A stretch of DNA of 64,000 bases from Mobula hypostoma (lineage: Eukaryota): positions 249,614,001-249,678,000 of the forward strand of contig NC_086097.1 in assembly GCF_963921235.1 (NCBI RefSeq), read 5' to 3'. How positions within the stretch are numbered: the stretch's first letter is position 1; every line of letters starts with the position of its first letter. A program made the position numbers and the translations under genes. The notes beneath the pieces were generated by a model. That model was not told where the DNA came from. It did not search any database and saw nothing but the letters and a program-made list of their open reading frames with translations. Below are positions 60,386-64,000 of the stretch, one piece after another.

Positions 60386-60789
60386 AATATATGATTGAAT
60401 AGACTGGATGGGCCGAATGGCCTACTTCTGCTCCTATGTCTTATGGGCTATGAGAGTTTGAATTAAAATGTTCAAATGACTGATGGAAGCTACACACACA
60501 AACTGCCGGTTTGTAACGAGCCGTTCAGGCAGCATCTATGGAAAAGAATATGCATCTGAAGTTTCAGGCATCAGGAATTAGAGAAGGAATTTTTTTTTGG
60601 ATATTTCCTCGTCCCTCCCACCCCCCCCACCCCCTCCCTCCGACCCCATTCCTCTGACACAGCATATGAGAAAATTGTGGACAGGTCAGAAAGAAAGCTG
60701 GAGAATGCTGGAGTCCAGCCCCCAGGGCAGAAAGGAGTTCAGAGATCACATGTGGTCAAGGTCATTGCTACATTTTCACCTCCCACGAG

Positions 60790-61975
60790 CTGCCGGATGG
60801 ACTACATGCCAGGGTTCTGGAAGAGGTGTTTGAAGAGATAATGGAGGCATTCGTAATGATCTTTCAAGAATCACTAGATTCTAAAATGGTTCCGGACGAA
60901 TGTAAAATTGCAAATGTCACTCCACTCTTTAAGCAGGGAGAGAGGCAGAAGAAAGGAGATTATAGGTCCATTAGCCTGACTTCAGTGGTTGGAAAGATGT
61001 TGCGGCCCATTATTAAGGATGAGGTTTCGGGCTACTTGGAGGCACATGATAAAATAGGCCTGGTATGGTTGGCATGGTTTCCTTCAGGGGAAACCTTGCC
61101 TGACAAATCTGTTGGAATTCTTTGAGAAAATAACAAGCAGGATAGTCAAAGGAGAATCAGTGGATGTTGTGTACTTGTGAATTTCAGAAGGCTTTTGACG
61201 ATGTGCCAAACATGAGGCTGCTTAACAAGTTAAGAGCCTTTGGTATTACAAGAGAGTTATTAGCATGGATAGATAGTTGGCTGAATGACAGGAGGCAAAG
61301 AGTGGGAATAAAAGGAGCCTTTTCTGTATGGTGACTTGTGCTGTTCCACAGGGGTGGATATTGGGGTGGCTTCTTATCACATTATATATCAACCATTTGC
61401 ATGATGGAATTGATGGCTAAGTGGCCAGGTTTACAGACGATACAAAGATAGGTGGAGGGGGAGGTAGTGTTGAGGAAGTAAGGAGTCTGCAGAAGGACTT
61501 GGACAGATTAGGAGAACGGGCAAACAAGTGGCAGATGGAATATAGTGTAGGAAAGTGTGTAGTCATGCACTTTGGTAGAAGGTGTAAAGGCGTAGACTAC
61601 TTTCTAAGTGGGGAGAAATTCAAAAATCAGAGGTGCTAAGTGTTTGGAAGTCCTTGTGCAGGATTCCCTAGAAGTTAACTTGCAGGTTGATCAGTGGTAA
61701 GGAAGGCAAATGCGATGTTAGCATTCATTTGGAGAGGATGAGAATAAAAGAGCAAGGATGCAATGTTGAGACGTTATAAAACATTGGTCAGATCACACTT
61801 GGAGTGTTGTGAGCAGTTTTGGGCCCCTTATCTAAGAAAAGATGTGCTGGCAATGGAAAGGTTGAGAGAGGTTTACAAGAATGATTCTGGGATCGAAAGG
61901 GTTAACACGAGGAGCGTTTGGCTCTGGGCCTGTAATCGCTGGAGTTTAGAAGAATAAGGGGTGGGGTCTCATTGA
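60790..61975 (+). mobile_element. CR1 RT fragment (degenerate)
   Basis: KIANVTPLFK..DYRSISLTS, RFTDDTKIGG and LVRSHLECC. Confidence 0.9.
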
Positions 61976-62327
61976 TCCTGACCAATGGAAGGCCTCAATA
62001 ATAATAATAATAATAAAGCAATAAATACAAAGAACACGAGTTGTGGAGTCTTTGAAAGTAGTCCATGGGTTGTGGATCGGTTCAGTGTTGGGTGAGTGAA
62101 GTTCTCCCTCCAGTTCAGGGAGGGAGGAGAGAACAAAGAACCTCGCCTCATTCTCGATCTTTATACTGAAAGCTAGCTCAAACTAGATAGACAAGAGAAA
62201 TTGGACAGTCTCTTGCCCTCTCAGTCTGCCTCGTTATGATCTTTGTTAGGGCATATTCTGGAGTTAACGGATTTAGCAAATATTAACTTCACCAACCAAT
62301 CGTCAGACTTGAACATGGATTGCACTG

Positions 62328-63908
62328 TAGGAAACATCCTCTCCACATCCACTCTATCCAGACTTTTCAATATTTGATAGGTTACAATGAGATTCCCACC
62401 TCATTCTTCTAAACTCTTTCAAGTACAGGTCCAGATCGTCAAACGTGCCACATGCATGAACCCTTTCATTCTGGAATCATTCTCACGGACACCCTCAGGA
62501 ACTACTCCAGTTTCAGCACATCTTTTTAAAGATGAGGGGCCCAGAATTGCTCACAATACTCCAAGTGAGGCCTCACCAGTGTCTTATAATGCCTCAGCAG
62601 TTCAAGGTAGTGCATCGGGCCATATGTCAAAGGATAAACTAGCGCATATTTTTTCCAATATCAATCTTATTTGTGACAGATGTAATATTGAGGTGGCCAC
62701 TTTAACTCACATGTATTGGTCTTGTATAAAGCTAGATAACTTTTGGAGAGATGTTTTTAAATCACTATCAAAAGTTTTGAATCTGGATCTACAACCTAAT
62801 TTGCTTATGGCAATTTTTGGGATTATCCCATCGGAAGCAGGAAACATTCCTGTTTCCGCTCAACCTATGATAGCCTTTTCGACTTTACTGGCTAGGAGAG
62901 CCATTTTATTGAAGTGGAAGGATTCTAATCCACGTATGGCTCTCCTCCATTATGTCCTGTTTAAGTTTAGAGAAAATAAGAAGCGGGATATTTGATACAT
63001 CCTTTAAATTTGAGCAAATCTGGTGACCTTTTATTTAATATTTTCATTTAATTTGATTTATTACTCTTCCAATTATTTTTTTCTTGAAGTTTTAGATTTG
63101 ACCAGAAAGTCTTTCTTTTTTTTTTGGTCGTATGCACAGAATGGACTGCCCAGTCCCTTTTTTTTTTTGTTTCTTTTTTTTGTATAGTGTAGTGGTTTTT
63201 TTTTCTTCGTTTAAAATTCAAAGTTTTTTCTTTCCTCTTTACGAACTGATAAGAGGAGAATTGCTGTTTTCTTTTTTATTATATATTATACACTAGCTTA
63301 ACACTATGTATGAATTTGATAAAGTCTATCTCAATCTTGGTTTGTATTGTTATTGATATATATATATTTGAGATAATTCTCCTCACTTGTATTTATGTTT
63401 CTTTTAAATCAATAAAAAGATTTATTACAAAAGTGGCTCAGCATTACACCCTTGCTTTTAAATTCTAGTCCTCTAGAAATGAATACTGGCATTGCATTTG
63501 CCGTCCTCACCACTCCCACATCCCACGTCCTTTTTCACATTTGATTTTTGTGTTTTCTCTCCATTTAGAAGACAGTCTACCCTTTTATTCCTTCTCCTAA
63601 AGTGCATGACCATACACTTCCTGACTCTGCATTCCATCTGCCACTTCTTTGCCCATTCTCCTAATTTGTTTAGATCCTTCTGTAGATCCCCTGTTTCCTC
63701 CACACTATCTGCCCTTCCACCTATCTTCATGTTGTCTGCAAACTTGGTCACAATGCCATCAATTTCGTCATCCAAATCACTCACATATAATGTAAGAAGA
63801 AACGGTCCCATCACTGACCCCTGTGGAACACCACAACCAACCAGAAAAGGCCCCCTTTATTCCCACTCGCTGCCTGCTGCCAGCCAGCCACTGCTCTATC
63901 CTTGCCAG
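62328..63908 (-). mobile_element. CR1 RT fragment split by an L1 insertion
   Basis: KFADNMKIGG...LGEWAKKWQME; sequence is colinear across the L1. Confidence 0.88.
62600..63436 (+). mobile_element. 5'-truncated fish-type L1 LINE (ORF2 C-terminal CCHC region and T-rich 3'UTR)
   Basis: CDRC...TLTHMYWSC...LLARRAILLKWK. AATAAA near the end. TSD ctcagca (62593-62599 and 63437-63443). Confidence 0.85.
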
Positions 63909-64000
63909 TGTCACATCTACCAGCTGAAGTGGAACAGCTACCTTGCCTAACCCGGTCGCTCTGGAGCTGCTTCAAGCGGATGGGGTGAAGTATCCAACTG

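Noticed and set aside
60662..60790. Possible plus-strand exon (AYEKIVDRSERKLENAG...)
   Set aside because: The splice signals are weak, the peptide is unrecognised, and it lies between TE fragments.
63909..64000. New sequence starting tgtcac after the CR1 (possible LTR start)
   Set aside because: It is cut by the window edge, so there is no second terminus or TSD to test.
1..64000. CRISPR arrays, operons, retrons or other prokaryotic systems
   Set aside because: There are no regularly spaced repeats or prokaryotic gene organisation. All RT fragments belong to eukaryotic LINE or Penelope clades.

Overview
This is eukaryotic, vertebrate-type DNA dominated by transposable elements (TEs). The mix of repeats points to a cartilaginous fish, probably a ray (inference): CR1 LINEs with esterase-bearing ORF1, V-domain/HE1-like SINEs, Rex1/Babar LINEs, Penelope-like elements, Tc1 transposons, one Vingi LINE, one fish-type L1 fragment and a solo LTR. 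Most ORFs in the six-frame track are TE fragments or low-complexity artefacts. I recognise no complete host protein-coding gene, and no rRNA, true tRNA, CRISPR array or prokaryotic system. Host-like signals are a CpG-island promoter with minus-strand splice donors (~31.6-31.9 kb) next to a 1.1-kb polypyrimidine tract, a strong CTCF motif in a ~100-bp TE-free island (57.3 kb), and a few low-confidence candidate exons. The most notable observations are: (1) fold-back Penelope insertions carrying minimal hammerhead ribozymes, with 11-14-bp target-site duplications (TSDs); (2) a young RTE-type non-autonomous element with a partial HDV-like ribozyme; (3) a tRNA-headed SINE that shares its body with the Vingi LINE in the same window; (4) a ~225-bp templated inverted duplication at a CR1 5' junction. 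I found no convincing wholly new biological system. Family names come from pattern recognition, not database searches, and boundaries without a TSD are approximate.
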